From an uncultured Bacilli bacterium (lineage in GTDB: Bacteria; Bacillota_I; Bacilli_A; RF39; UBA660): DNA of 64,000 nt. The position numbers and the translations under genes are program-made. Location: NCBI GenBank assembly GCA_934096985.1, contig CAKONC010000004.1, positions 67,846-131,845 on the forward strand. Direction: 5' to 3'. The notes below the pieces were generated by a model. That model ran no database searches. It was given only the letters and a program-made list of their open reading frames with translations, and had not been told where the DNA came from. This document shows, piece after piece, positions 40,737 through 49,655 of this stretch (within the stretch, counting starts at the first letter, position 1; each line of letters begins with the position of its first letter).

Positions 40737-42098
40737 TTATAACTTATTTTTAATTTCTTTAATAACATTATTTAACTTGTCATCTTTTTTCAAGTCATTT
40801 GTTATTTTATCATATGACGCAGAAATTGTTGAATGATCCCTCCCTCCAAATTCTAAACCTATTCTTTCAAGTTTTTCATCAGTTTCAACACGGCATAAAT
40901 ATATGGCAATATGTCTTGGCTTACTAATGTTAGCAACTTTTTTCTTACTTTTTAAATCACTTACTGTAATTCCAAAATAATCAGCAACTGCTTTTTGAAT
41001 TTTACTTATTGAATTATCAGCATAGATATTAACACTAAGATAATCTTTTAAAGCCTCAATAGCAAAATTTAAATCAATTTTATCTGGTACCATCATTGCG
41101 GTATAAGCCATTAATCTATTAATTGTACCTTCTATAAATCTAATATCATTTTGACAGGAATTTGCAATATATTCAATAACTTCTTCGTTTAACCTATCTT
41201 CTAGTGATGTATTTTTAATTTTATTGTGGATAATTTTACATCTAAGTGCAAAGTCTGGGGGATAAATATCAACAGGTAATCCCCACATAAACCTACTTCT
41301 TAATCTATCTTCTATTTTTTTTAGGTCATCAGGTGATCTATCAGAACTAATAATTATTTGTTTATTTGATTGATACAATGCATTAAATGTGTGAAAAAAT
41401 TCTTGTTGAGATTTATCTGCTCCTACTAAAAACTGTATATCATCAATAATGAGAACATCAACATTTTTATACTTATCTTTGAAGTTTTTTGCATAACTCA
41501 TTGAGTTAATACCTTTTTCTAGACTAGCAATGCCAGTATAATCTTCAACAAATTCATTACTAGTAACATATAAGACCTTTTTATTTGAATGTGCAACAAT
41601 ATAATTTCCAATTGCATGCATTAAATGAGTTTTGCCTATACCGCTACGTCCATAAAGAAATAATGGGTTATGAATAGAACCGGGATTTTCAGCTACGGCA
41701 TGAGCGGATACTACGGCAAGTCTGTTCGAATCCCCTACTACAAATGTTTCAAATGTAAATTTAGGGTTTAAATTAGTTTCCCAAGATTCATTATTATCTT
41801 CATCTTTTTTTATAACCTTTTCATTTTTTTCAATAACATTACTTTTTGGTAATTCATCTTCTACATAATACTCGAAATCAAATGATTTACCAGTTATATT
41901 TTGAAATATATTATCAATAACATCTTTATAATTTTCTGAAAGCATTTTTTTATGTATTTCCATTGGAACACAAACTTTTAAAATATTTCCATTCAAAGAA
42001 ATAGGTTTTATTTTAGAAAACCAAAGGTTATATACATTTATACTAACAACATGTTCTACTTCTTCAAGAAAAGTCTTAAATAGTTCCTCTAAATTCAT
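40737..42098 (-). CDS. dnaA: Chromosomal replication initiator protein DnaA
   Basis: ...NPLFLYGRSGIGKTHLMHAIGN...LIIDDIQFL...RFMWGLPVDIYPPD...GGRDHSTI... are canonical DnaA. Confidence 0.97.
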   Translation of the reverse strand: MNLEELFKTFLEEVEHVVSINVYNLWFSKIKPISLNGNILKVCVPMEIHKKMLSENYKDVIDNIFQNITGKSFDFEYYVEDELPKSNVIEKNEKVIKKDEDNNESWETNLNPKFTFETFVVGDSNRLAVVSAHAVAENPGSIHNPLFLYGRSGIGKTHLMHAIGNYIVAHSNKKVLYVTSNEFVEDYTGIASLEKGINSMSYAKNFKDKYKNVDVLIIDDIQFLVGADKSQQEFFHTFNALYQSNKQIIISSDRSPDDLKKIEDRLRSRFMWGLPVDIYPPDFALRCKIIHNKIKNTSLEDRLNEEVIEYIANSCQNDIRFIEGTINRLMAYTAMMVPDKIDLNFAIEALKDYLSVNIYADNSISKIQKAVADYFGITVSDLKSKKKVANISKPRHIAIYLCRVETDEKLERIGLEFGGRDHSTISASYDKITNDLKKDDKLNNVIKEIKNKL

Positions 42099-42440
42099 AC
42101 CTTACCCCACAAATAACTTTTTGACACCTTAATTGTACTTCATTTTTAAAAAAAGATAAAGCAAAAAAATATATAAACAAAAATTCCCCACAACTTATCA
42201 ACATTTTTTTCTTTTGTTTACTAGGATAGCATAACATTTTAACACTTTCAACAAAATTTTTTTGTCGAATTTTGTTGAGAACTAAAAATAATAATTAAAT
42301 AAATTGTTATAAATGTTGAAAAAATGTGAATAAAATGTTGACAAATTTGTTGAAAACTTTTTGAAGCTAGGTAAATCCTATAAAAAAATAGGGTGTATTT
42401 TTGTTGATAAATTTTGTATAATTAATACATATTATATGTT
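42099..42440. promoter_or_regulatory. oriC, dnaA-upstream segment: cluster of DnaA boxes
   Basis: TTATCAACA 42195..42203; TGTTGAGAA 42273..42281; a head-to-tail array TGTTGAAAA 42314, TGTGAATAA 42325, TGTTGACAA 42336, TGTTGAAAA 42348 (11-12 bp phasing); TGTTGATAA 42402..42410. Coding strand switches here. Confidence 0.75.
42263..42269 (+). promoter_or_regulatory. Candidate Spo0A box (TGTCGAA) inside oriC
   Basis: TTTTTTTGTCGAATTTTGTTGAGAA: the exact heptamer lies 3 nt from a DnaA-box-like TGTTGAGAA. Confidence 0.45.
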
Positions 42441-42444
42441 TTGC

Positions 42445-42474
42445 TTGACTAAAAGTCGAAAATAATATTATAAT
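42445..42474 (+). promoter_or_regulatory. Sigma-A-type promoter for rpmH-rnpA
   Basis: TTGACT (42445..42450), an 18-nt spacer, then TATAAT (42469..42474), about 35 nt upstream of the rpmH ATG. Confidence 0.5.
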
Positions 42475-42508
42475 AGTAACGCTATAAAAGAAAAGGAGAG
42501 ATTTTAGT

Positions 42509-42631
42509 ATGAAAAGAACGTATCAACCAAATAATAGAAAAATGAAAAAAACACACGGATTTTTCTCAAGAAAAAATGGTAAAGTTTTAAATAATCGTCG
42601 TAAAAAAGGTAGAAAAGTTTTATGTAAATAA
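42509..42631 (+). CDS. rpmH: 50S ribosomal protein L34 (40 aa)
   Basis: ATG after AAAGGAGAG. Translation [40 protein letters not shown] compares with B. subtilis MKRTFQPNNRKRSKVHGF.... Too short for the ORF track. Confidence 0.9.
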   Translation: MKRTYQPNNRKMKKTHGFFSRKNGKVLNNRRKKGRKVLCK

Positions 42632-42633
42632 AA

Positions 42634-42658
42634 AAGCCACTTTAATGTGGTTTTTTTT
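42634..42658 (+). terminator. Weak hairpin plus T-run after rpmH (attenuator/terminator)
   Basis: AGCCAC-TTTAAT-GTGGTT followed by TTTTTTT. The stem is short. Confidence 0.45.
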
Positions 42659-42672
42659 AAAGAGGCAAAAGT

Positions 42673-43005
42673 ATGAAAAAAAAGGATATTGTAAAAAGCA
42701 GTACTGATTTTAATGAAATATTAAACTATAACAAGAAAGTTTCAAATAATGAGTTTATTATTTTTTATATGCCAAATAAATTTGATAACGTTAAATTTGG
42801 AATAAGTGCTCCGAAGAAACTTGGCAACGCTGTTTTAAGAAATAAATGTAAGCGTAGATTAAGAATGTTAATAGATGAATGTAATTTTCTCTTCAAAAAA
42901 GGTCGAAATTATATTATAATTATAAAGAAGGGTTTTTTATCTTTAAATTATGCTGATAATTTAAACTCTTTGAAAAAATTAATCGGAGGAATAAATGAAA
43001 AATAA
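42673..43005 (+). CDS. rnpA: Ribonuclease P protein component
   Basis: 110 aa, basic; ...FGISAPKKLGNAVLRNKCKRRLR... is the RNase P protein RNR-like motif. Follows rpmH. Confidence 0.85.
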   Translation: MKKKDIVKSSTDFNEILNYNKKVSNNEFIIFYMPNKFDNVKFGISAPKKLGNAVLRNKCKRRLRMLIDECNFLFKKGRNYIIIIKKGFLSLNYADNLNSLKKLIGGINEK

Positions 43006-44068
43006 TAAAAAATTTCTTACTTTAATTTTAGTGGTTATGGTTATGCTTACAACTGGTTGTGGAGCCAAAAGTTATATAACTGATGACAAAGGTAAGATAG
43101 TAACAAATAGTGAAACTGGTCAAAGTCTTCAAAAAACAATTTATTGTAAGCCCGCAGAAAATACTGAAATGTATAGATTATATGAACAGTATGAAGATCA
43201 AATGGATATAAAATTATCAAAATTACCAAGTTGTGATAAATATAAAATAACATCAAATAAAACTAATAGTTTATGGCAATTTTTATTTGTAAAACCACTT
43301 GCTTATATAATTTTAAAAGTAGGTTTATTATTTAAAAATATTGGTTTAAAAAATGCTTATTTGGGTGTTTCAGTAATGTTAATAGGAATATTAATAAGAG
43401 TAATTTTATTACCATTTACTATAAAGACACAAAATCAAAGTGAAGCTATGAAAAAGGCTTCTCCTGAATTACAAAGATTAGAGAAAAAATATGCAAATGA
43501 TACATCACAACAAGCAATGATGATGAAACAACAAGAAATGATGGCAATATATAATAAGTATAAAGAAAATCCTATGTTAGGATGTTTACTTTCATTAATT
43601 CAACTTCCACTTTTCTTTGCATTTTTGGAAGCAATTTATAAAATTCCTGCAATATATGAAGGTAAAATATTTGGTTGGAATCTAGGAACAACTCCAAGTA
43701 TTGGAATTTTTAAAAATCATCAATATACTTTTATAATATTAGTAATCTTAATTATTTTATCAACATATTTTTCCTTTAAATTTTCTATGAAGCAATCTGC
43801 CTCAGCAACTTCAAGTATGCCAGGCGCAGAAAAGCAAACAAAAATGATGTTAATCTTCATGACAGTATTTATCGGATTTGCTTCACTAAGTTTACCAACA
43901 GCAATTGCATTATATTGGATAGTTACTTATGCTTTTATGATTTTACAAACTTATATTATTAAATTTATTAAAAATAATCAAAATACAAAATCAACAAAAA
44001 AAGTAAAAAAGTCAATTAATGATAAGCTTAAAGTTAAGGAGGGTTTAAAATATGGAAAAAATAAGTAA
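42995..44068 (+). CDS. yidC: Membrane protein insertase YidC/SpoIIIJ (lipoprotein type)
   Basis: Lipobox LTTGC, then ...ILLPFTIKTQNQSEAMKKASPELQRLEKKY...GCLLSLIQLPLFFAF... is the YidC core. Confidence 0.85.
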   Translation: MKNNKKFLTLILVVMVMLTTGCGAKSYITDDKGKIVTNSETGQSLQKTIYCKPAENTEMYRLYEQYEDQMDIKLSKLPSCDKYKITSNKTNSLWQFLFVKPLAYIILKVGLLFKNIGLKNAYLGVSVMLIGILIRVILLPFTIKTQNQSEAMKKASPELQRLEKKYANDTSQQAMMMKQQEMMAIYNKYKENPMLGCLLSLIQLPLFFAFLEAIYKIPAIYEGKIFGWNLGTTPSIGIFKNHQYTFIILVILIILSTYFSFKFSMKQSASATSSMPGAEKQTKMMLIFMTVFIGFASLSLPTAIALYWIVTYAFMILQTYIIKFIKNNQNTKSTKKVKKSINDKLKVKEGLKYGKNK

Positions 44069-44666
44069 AACAGGGAAAAGTTTTGAAGAAACACTTCAAG
44101 AAATATTAGAAGAGAATAATTTAACACAAGATGAGGTTATTTATAAAACTGGTGAAATTAAAAAAAATCTTTTTAAAGGAAGTACTACTGAAGTAATAGT
44201 GTATAAAAAATCAGATATTTATGAATTTGTAAAAAATTATTTAAAAGAAATAATTAATAACATGGGACTCGAAGTGTCTTTTGAGACTAAAAAAGTTGCT
44301 GATAGAACAGTTATTAAAATGTATTCAAATAATAACAACATTTTAATAGGACATAATGGAAATACAATTAAAGCTTTAGAAAATATTGTTAGACAAAAAA
44401 TTCAATTAGAAACAGGGTTATATTTTGTTATATCGTTGGATGTTGAAAATTATAAAGATAAAAAAGCGTCTAGACTTGAAAGACTTGCAAAACAAACTGC
44501 AAAGGAAGTATTAAAAACAAAGATTGATGTACATTTGGAAAATATGAATTCCTATGAACGTAGAATTGTTCACAATGCTTTAGCAGACTTTAAACATATT
44601 TCATCTAAAAGTACTGGTGAAGAACCAAATAGACATGTAATTATAAGCTATATTAAAGAAAATTAA
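44052..44666 (+). CDS. jag: Jag/KhpB RNA-binding protein (KH + R3H domains)
   Basis: ...LIGHNGNTIKALENIVR... (KH) and ...MNSYERRIVHNALADFKHISSKSTGEEPNRHVII (R3H). Follows yidC. Confidence 0.8.
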   Translation: MEKISKTGKSFEETLQEILEENNLTQDEVIYKTGEIKKNLFKGSTTEVIVYKKSDIYEFVKNYLKEIINNMGLEVSFETKKVADRTVIKMYSNNNNILIGHNGNTIKALENIVRQKIQLETGLYFVISLDVENYKDKKASRLERLAKQTAKEVLKTKIDVHLENMNSYERRIVHNALADFKHISSKSTGEEPNRHVIISYIKEN

Positions 44667-44689
44667 TCCTAGTATTCTAGGATTTTTTT
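44666..44689 (+). terminator. Intrinsic terminator after jag
   Basis: ATCCTAG-TATT-CTAGGAT (7-bp stem) followed by TTTTTT. Confidence 0.65.
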
Positions 44690-44743
44690 ACGTTTACATA
44701 GAGAAAAAAAGGTGTTACAATAGCACAAAGAAAAGGAGAAACT

Positions 44744-46093
44744 ATGGACGATACTATTTGTGCAATTTCAACTTCTTTAGGAGTTGGAGCAATATCAATT
44801 ATTAGAGTTAGTGGAAAAGATGCTATAAAAAAAGTGAATAGTATTTTTTCTAGTGATTTAATAAAAGCAAAATCACATAGCATTAATTATGGTCATATTA
44901 TTTATAAAAATGAAATGATAGATGAAGTTTTAGTTATGCTTATGAAGGCACCTAAAACATATACTAAAGAAGACATTGTAGAAATAAATTCTCATGGTGG
45001 TTATACAACAACTAATAAAATATTAGAAATATTATTAGATATTGGATGTAGATTAGCAGAACCTGGTGAATTTACTAAAAGAGCTTTTTTAAATGGACGT
45101 ATTAATTTATTACAGTCAGAAGCAGTAAATGAATTAATAAATGCTAAAAGTGAATCAAAAAGAAAATTGTGTTTAAATCAAATAGGTAATAATTTAACTA
45201 AAATCATTGAAGATATTAGAGAAGATATAATTAGGTTACTTGCAAATATTGAAGTAAATATAGATTACCCTGAATATGAGGATAATGAAGTGGTTACTTC
45301 ATCTTTACTAAAAAATAATTTAACATTATTATCAGAAAAAATAGAAAAATTAGAAAATAATTCCAAATATGGAAAAATTGTGTCTAATGGTATTAATATA
45401 GCAATTGTAGGAAAGCCAAACGTAGGAAAAAGCAGTATACTAAATCATTTGATAGATGAGGAAAAAGCGATTGTAACCGATATTGCCGGTACTACACGAG
45501 ATATAATTGAAGCAAGTTTGACACTTAATGGAATTGAACTCAAACTAATAGATACTGCTGGTATCCATAATACTGATGATGTTGTTGAAAAAATTGGTGT
45601 TAATAAAAGTAAAGAGCAAATTGAAAAAGCAGATTTAGTAATTTTAGTCTTAGATGGTTCTAAACCTTTATCAAATGAAGATATAGAATTATTAAATAAG
45701 GTAAATGAAGATAAAACGATTATTTTTATTAATAAGAATGACTTGAAAAAAAATATTAATTTAAATTTATTACATTATAAAAATATAGTAGAGGGTAATG
45801 TAAAATCAATGGATGGACTAGATAAGTTAAAAGAAAAAATAATTGATTTATTTAATTTAAATGAAATTAATAAAGATTTAACATATCTATCTAATGCTCG
45901 TCAAATTGATTTAATTCATAAAGCAAAAAATAGTATAAAAAATGCAGAAAACTCTTTAGATATGAATGTACCTATAGATATGATATCTACTGACCTAAGA
46001 GAATGTTATGAGTACTTAGGGAAAATAATAGGTAAAACTTATGAAGATGATGTAATTGATAGATTATTTAAAGATTTTTGTGTTGGAAAGTAG
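44744..46093 (+). CDS. mnmE: tRNA modification GTPase MnmE
   Basis: MDDTICAISTSLGVGAISIIRVSG...GKPNVGKSS...DTAGI...C-terminal FCVGK. Confidence 0.95.
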   Translation: MDDTICAISTSLGVGAISIIRVSGKDAIKKVNSIFSSDLIKAKSHSINYGHIIYKNEMIDEVLVMLMKAPKTYTKEDIVEINSHGGYTTTNKILEILLDIGCRLAEPGEFTKRAFLNGRINLLQSEAVNELINAKSESKRKLCLNQIGNNLTKIIEDIREDIIRLLANIEVNIDYPEYEDNEVVTSSLLKNNLTLLSEKIEKLENNSKYGKIVSNGINIAIVGKPNVGKSSILNHLIDEEKAIVTDIAGTTRDIIEASLTLNGIELKLIDTAGIHNTDDVVEKIGVNKSKEQIEKADLVILVLDGSKPLSNEDIELLNKVNEDKTIIFINKNDLKKNINLNLLHYKNIVEGNVKSMDGLDKLKEKIIDLFNLNEINKDLTYLSNARQIDLIHKAKNSIKNAENSLDMNVPIDMISTDLRECYEYLGKIIGKTYEDDVIDRLFKDFCVGK

Positions 46094-46103
46094 ATGGTTA
46101 AAT

Positions 46104-47972
46104 ATGTATGATGTTATAGTTGTAGGTGGTGGCCATGCTGGTTGTGAGGCCGCACATATAAGTGCATTTATGGGTGCAAAAACACTTTTGATTACTTCAA
46201 ATATTGATAATATTGCAGACATGCCATGTAATCCGTCTATAGGTGGAAGTGCTAAAGGGATTATAGTTAGAGAAATTGATGCTTTAGGTGGTTTAATGGG
46301 AATAGTTGCAGATAAATCTCACTTTCAAATTAAAATGCTAAATAATTCTAAAGGCCCTGCGGTACGTAGTTTAAGAGCACAAGCCGATAAAAGGGTTTAT
46401 CCAAAAGTAATGAAAGAGTATTTGCATAACACAAAAAATCTTGAAATAAAAGAAGGCATGGTTGAAGATTTAATTATAGAAAATGCAAAAATTAAAGGAA
46501 TAATATTAGAAAACGGTAAAGAAATTTTAAGTACCAATGTAGTCCTTACTACAGGAACATATTTAAATGCCAATATATTAATTGGTTCAGAAAATGTCCC
46601 AAGTGGCCCACATGGTGAAAAAAGAAGTAACAAATTATCAACAAACTTAAAAAAATATGGCTTTAATATCAAAAGACTCAAAACAGGAACACCTCAAAGG
46701 ATAAAGGCTGATAGCATAGATTTTGACGTTCTTAAAGAAGAAAAAGGAGATGATACATACTGGACTTTTTCATTTGATACCAAGCCTTTATACAAAATAA
46801 ATGAACAGCAAAAATGTTATTTAGTATATACAAATGCAAATACACATCAAATAATTCGTGCTAATTTGAAAAAAAGTGCTATGTATGGAGGATATGCTAC
46901 AGGAGTTGGTCCAAGGTATTGTCCATCAATTGAAGATAAAATTGTCAGATTTTCAGACAAACCAAGACATCAATTATTTTTAGAGCCAGAAAGTATTTAT
47001 TATGATGAATGGTATTTACAGGGTTTTTCTACATCCATGCCAAGAGATGTTCAGGAGAAAATGGTACATTCTTTACATGGCCTTGAAAATGCTATTATTT
47101 CTAAATACGCTTATGCAATAGAATATGATGCAATAGATGCAATGCAAATTAAACCAAGTTTAGAGTCAAAGATTATATCTGGCTTGTTTACTGCAGGCCA
47201 AATAAATGGCACATCAGGATACGAAGAAGCTGCAGGTCAAGGATTAATTGCGGGAATTAATGCAGCATTAAAATTTAAAAATCAAGAGCCATTAGTTTTG
47301 AAAAGGCATGAAGCATATATTGGTGTATTAATAGATGATTTAGTAACAAAAGGAATAACAGATCCTTATAGGATGCTTACTTCACGAGCCGAATTTAGAC
47401 TACTTTTAAGACATGATAATGCAGATGCAAGATTAACTGAAATTGGTCATAAAGTAGGTAGTGTAACAGATGAAAAGTATCAAAATTACATTAATAAGTA
47501 TGATAATATATCTGAGTTAAAAAAACTTTTAGAGGAAAATAAAATAGTTATAAATGATAACACTAAAAAAATATTCAAAGAATATAATATTAATATTCCT
47601 TCAACTAATTTGAAATTCTTAACTCTTTTAAAACGTCCAGAAATAGATTTGGCTTTTATCAATAATTTTATTGATTTATCAAAGTATTCTGAAGAAGAAA
47701 AAGAAGAATTAACAATTGAAGTTAAGTATCAAGGTTACATTGCTAAAGAATATGTACAAAAAGAGAAAATGTTAAAGATGGAATCAAAGCAAATTCCTAA
47801 AGATATTGATTATACCAAAGTTAAGAACATTGCTAGTGAAGCCAGACAAAAACTATCTTTAGTAAGACCAGAGAATATTGCACAAGCCTCTAGAATAAGT
47901 GGTGTTAATCCTGTGGATATATCTCTTTTACTTATTTATTTGAAAAAGGAATATAATAAAAATGATAAATAA
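46104..47972 (+). CDS. mnmG: tRNA uridine 5-carboxymethylaminomethyl modification enzyme MnmG
   Basis: MYDVIVVGGGHAGCEAA... FAD motif. Start trimmed from the ORF-track 46056, which overlaps mnmE. Confidence 0.95.
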   Translation: MYDVIVVGGGHAGCEAAHISAFMGAKTLLITSNIDNIADMPCNPSIGGSAKGIIVREIDALGGLMGIVADKSHFQIKMLNNSKGPAVRSLRAQADKRVYPKVMKEYLHNTKNLEIKEGMVEDLIIENAKIKGIILENGKEILSTNVVLTTGTYLNANILIGSENVPSGPHGEKRSNKLSTNLKKYGFNIKRLKTGTPQRIKADSIDFDVLKEEKGDDTYWTFSFDTKPLYKINEQQKCYLVYTNANTHQIIRANLKKSAMYGGYATGVGPRYCPSIEDKIVRFSDKPRHQLFLEPESIYYDEWYLQGFSTSMPRDVQEKMVHSLHGLENAIISKYAYAIEYDAIDAMQIKPSLESKIISGLFTAGQINGTSGYEEAAGQGLIAGINAALKFKNQEPLVLKRHEAYIGVLIDDLVTKGITDPYRMLTSRAEFRLLLRHDNADARLTEIGHKVGSVTDEKYQNYINKYDNISELKKLLEENKIVINDNTKKIFKEYNINIPSTNLKFLTLLKRPEIDLAFINNFIDLSKYSEEEKEELTIEVKYQGYIAKEYVQKEKMLKMESKQIPKDIDYTKVKNIASEARQKLSLVRPENIAQASRISGVNPVDISLLLIYLKKEYNKNDK

Positions 47973-48669
47973 TTTTAACGAAAATTTAAAAAATTTAGGT
48001 ATAAATTATACAAGTAAAGAACTTGACTTGTTAGAAAAATATTATGATTTTTTAGTTGAATACAATGCACACACAAATTTAACTACTATAACAGAAAAAG
48101 AGGATGTTTATAATAAGCATTTTTATGATTCATTAATGATTACTCAGGTTGTTGATTTAACTAAAATAAATAATGTGCTAGACATTGGTTCAGGTGCTGG
48201 TTTTCCAGGTGTAGTGTTAAAAATCTTTTTTCCTAATATCAAACTTACTTTATTAGATTCGAATAATAAAAAAACCAAATTTTTAACGGAGTTGATAGAA
48301 AAATTAGGTTTAAAAGATGTTAGTATAATTAATGACAGAGCAGAAAACTATATGAAAAATAATCTAAATAGCTATGATATATGTGTTTCACGAGCAGTAG
48401 CATATGTTGATATTATTTCCTCACTTTCTACGCCATTTATTAAATTAGATGGAAAGGTGTTATTAATGAAAGGAGATTTTTCATCTGAGGAGCTTATTTT
48501 AAAAAAATATATGAAAGAACTAAATATAAAACAGTTTAGTGAATATGAATATCAATTAAATAATCAAAGTAGAAAAATAATTATTATTAGTAAAGCAAAA
48601 GAAGATAATCAAATTCCAAACTATGCATCCTTAATTAAAAAAAGTGAAAAAAGGAAAAAATTGACTTAA
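47962..48669 (+). CDS. rsmG: 16S rRNA (guanine527-N7)-methyltransferase
   Basis: ...NLTTITEKEDVYNKHFYDSL...DIGSGAGFPGVVLKI... are GidB motifs. Confidence 0.9.
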   Translation: MINNFNENLKNLGINYTSKELDLLEKYYDFLVEYNAHTNLTTITEKEDVYNKHFYDSLMITQVVDLTKINNVLDIGSGAGFPGVVLKIFFPNIKLTLLDSNNKKTKFLTELIEKLGLKDVSIINDRAENYMKNNLNSYDICVSRAVAYVDIISSLSTPFIKLDGKVLLMKGDFSSEELILKKYMKELNIKQFSEYEYQLNNQSRKIIIISKAKEDNQIPNYASLIKKSEKRKKLT

Positions 48670-48693
48670 CATTTATTGTAGTCAATTTTTTTT
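48655..48693 (+). terminator. Intrinsic terminator overlapping the rsmG stop
   Basis: AATTGACT / AGTCAATT stem with a 13-nt loop, followed by TTTTTTT. A TTGCAA-17-TATTAT promoter follows, upstream of parB. Confidence 0.55.
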
Positions 48694-48758
48694 GAACTAT
48701 TGCAAATTTTTCTTAAGTAAGTTATTATATTTATATAAGGTAGAAAAGGGGCTTTATT

Positions 48759-49652
48759 ATGAATTTTGATTCTAGCGTTTTAAATGTTGCTGTTGAAGAT
48801 ATAATTCCTAATCGATTTCAGCCACGATTAGTTTTTGATGATGCTTCATTAAAAGATTTAGCAGCTTCAATAAAAACTCATGGTATAATTCAACCATTAG
48901 TTTTAAGAAGACTTGGTGATAAATATGAAATTGTTGCTGGAGAAAGAAGATATAGAGCTGCAATGATAGCTGGATTAACTTCAGTACCAGCAGTTTTAGC
49001 AAAAATAGATGATAAAACTAGCGCAGAAGTTGCTATTAGTGAAAATGTTCAAAGAAAAGAACTAAATCCTTTGGAAGAAGCTAAATCATATGATGCTTTA
49101 TTAAAAGCTGGATACATGTCAAAAGAAATGCTTGCACAAAAAATGGGTATTCCATTAAGTGTATTAGAGGGAAAATTAAAACTATTAACCTTACCACAGG
49201 AAGTTCAAGATGCTTTACTTGCAGGTAAAATATCAGAAAGACATGCAAGAAGTTTAATGAAATTAAAAAATTCAAATGAACAAATTAAATGGCTACATAA
49301 TATAATTGAAAAAAGATTAAATGTTAAAGACTTAGAAACAGAGTTAAATAAAGAATATGGTAATTTAACTTCACCATTTAGTGTTGACATTAATAAAATA
49401 AAAAATGAATCAACAGATATTATGACTTCAATGATACAACCAATTCCTAGTAATAATACACCATCATTTGGTCCGATTAATTTAGGTGAGAAAACTACTA
49501 ACAGATTCTTTAATAATCTAGAGGATGAGCAGGCTAATATGAGTACTGATGAAACGACAAATCCTCTTACTAATTCATATATGCAATTTAATCAAAATAT
49601 AGTTGAGTCAAATGTAGACTCTTTAGATTTTTTACCGCCAGACAATAATTAG
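48759..49652 (+). CDS. parB: ParB/Spo0J (or Noc)-family partition protein with divergent low-complexity C-terminus
   Basis: ...IIPNRFQPRLVFDDASLKDLAASIKTHGIIQPLVLRR...EIVAGERRYRAA... (GERRxRA box) and an HTH region. The last ~90 aa are N/S/T/P-rich. Confidence 0.8.
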   Translation: MNFDSSVLNVAVEDIIPNRFQPRLVFDDASLKDLAASIKTHGIIQPLVLRRLGDKYEIVAGERRYRAAMIAGLTSVPAVLAKIDDKTSAEVAISENVQRKELNPLEEAKSYDALLKAGYMSKEMLAQKMGIPLSVLEGKLKLLTLPQEVQDALLAGKISERHARSLMKLKNSNEQIKWLHNIIEKRLNVKDLETELNKEYGNLTSPFSVDINKIKNESTDIMTSMIQPIPSNNTPSFGPINLGEKTTNRFFNNLEDEQANMSTDETTNPLTNSYMQFNQNIVESNVDSLDFLPPDNN

Positions 49653-49655
49653 GAG

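Noticed and set aside
48384-48399. TGTTTCACGAGCAGTA inside rsmG as a fourth parS.
   Set aside because: Only the left half-site matches. The right half has multiple mismatches to GTGAAACA.
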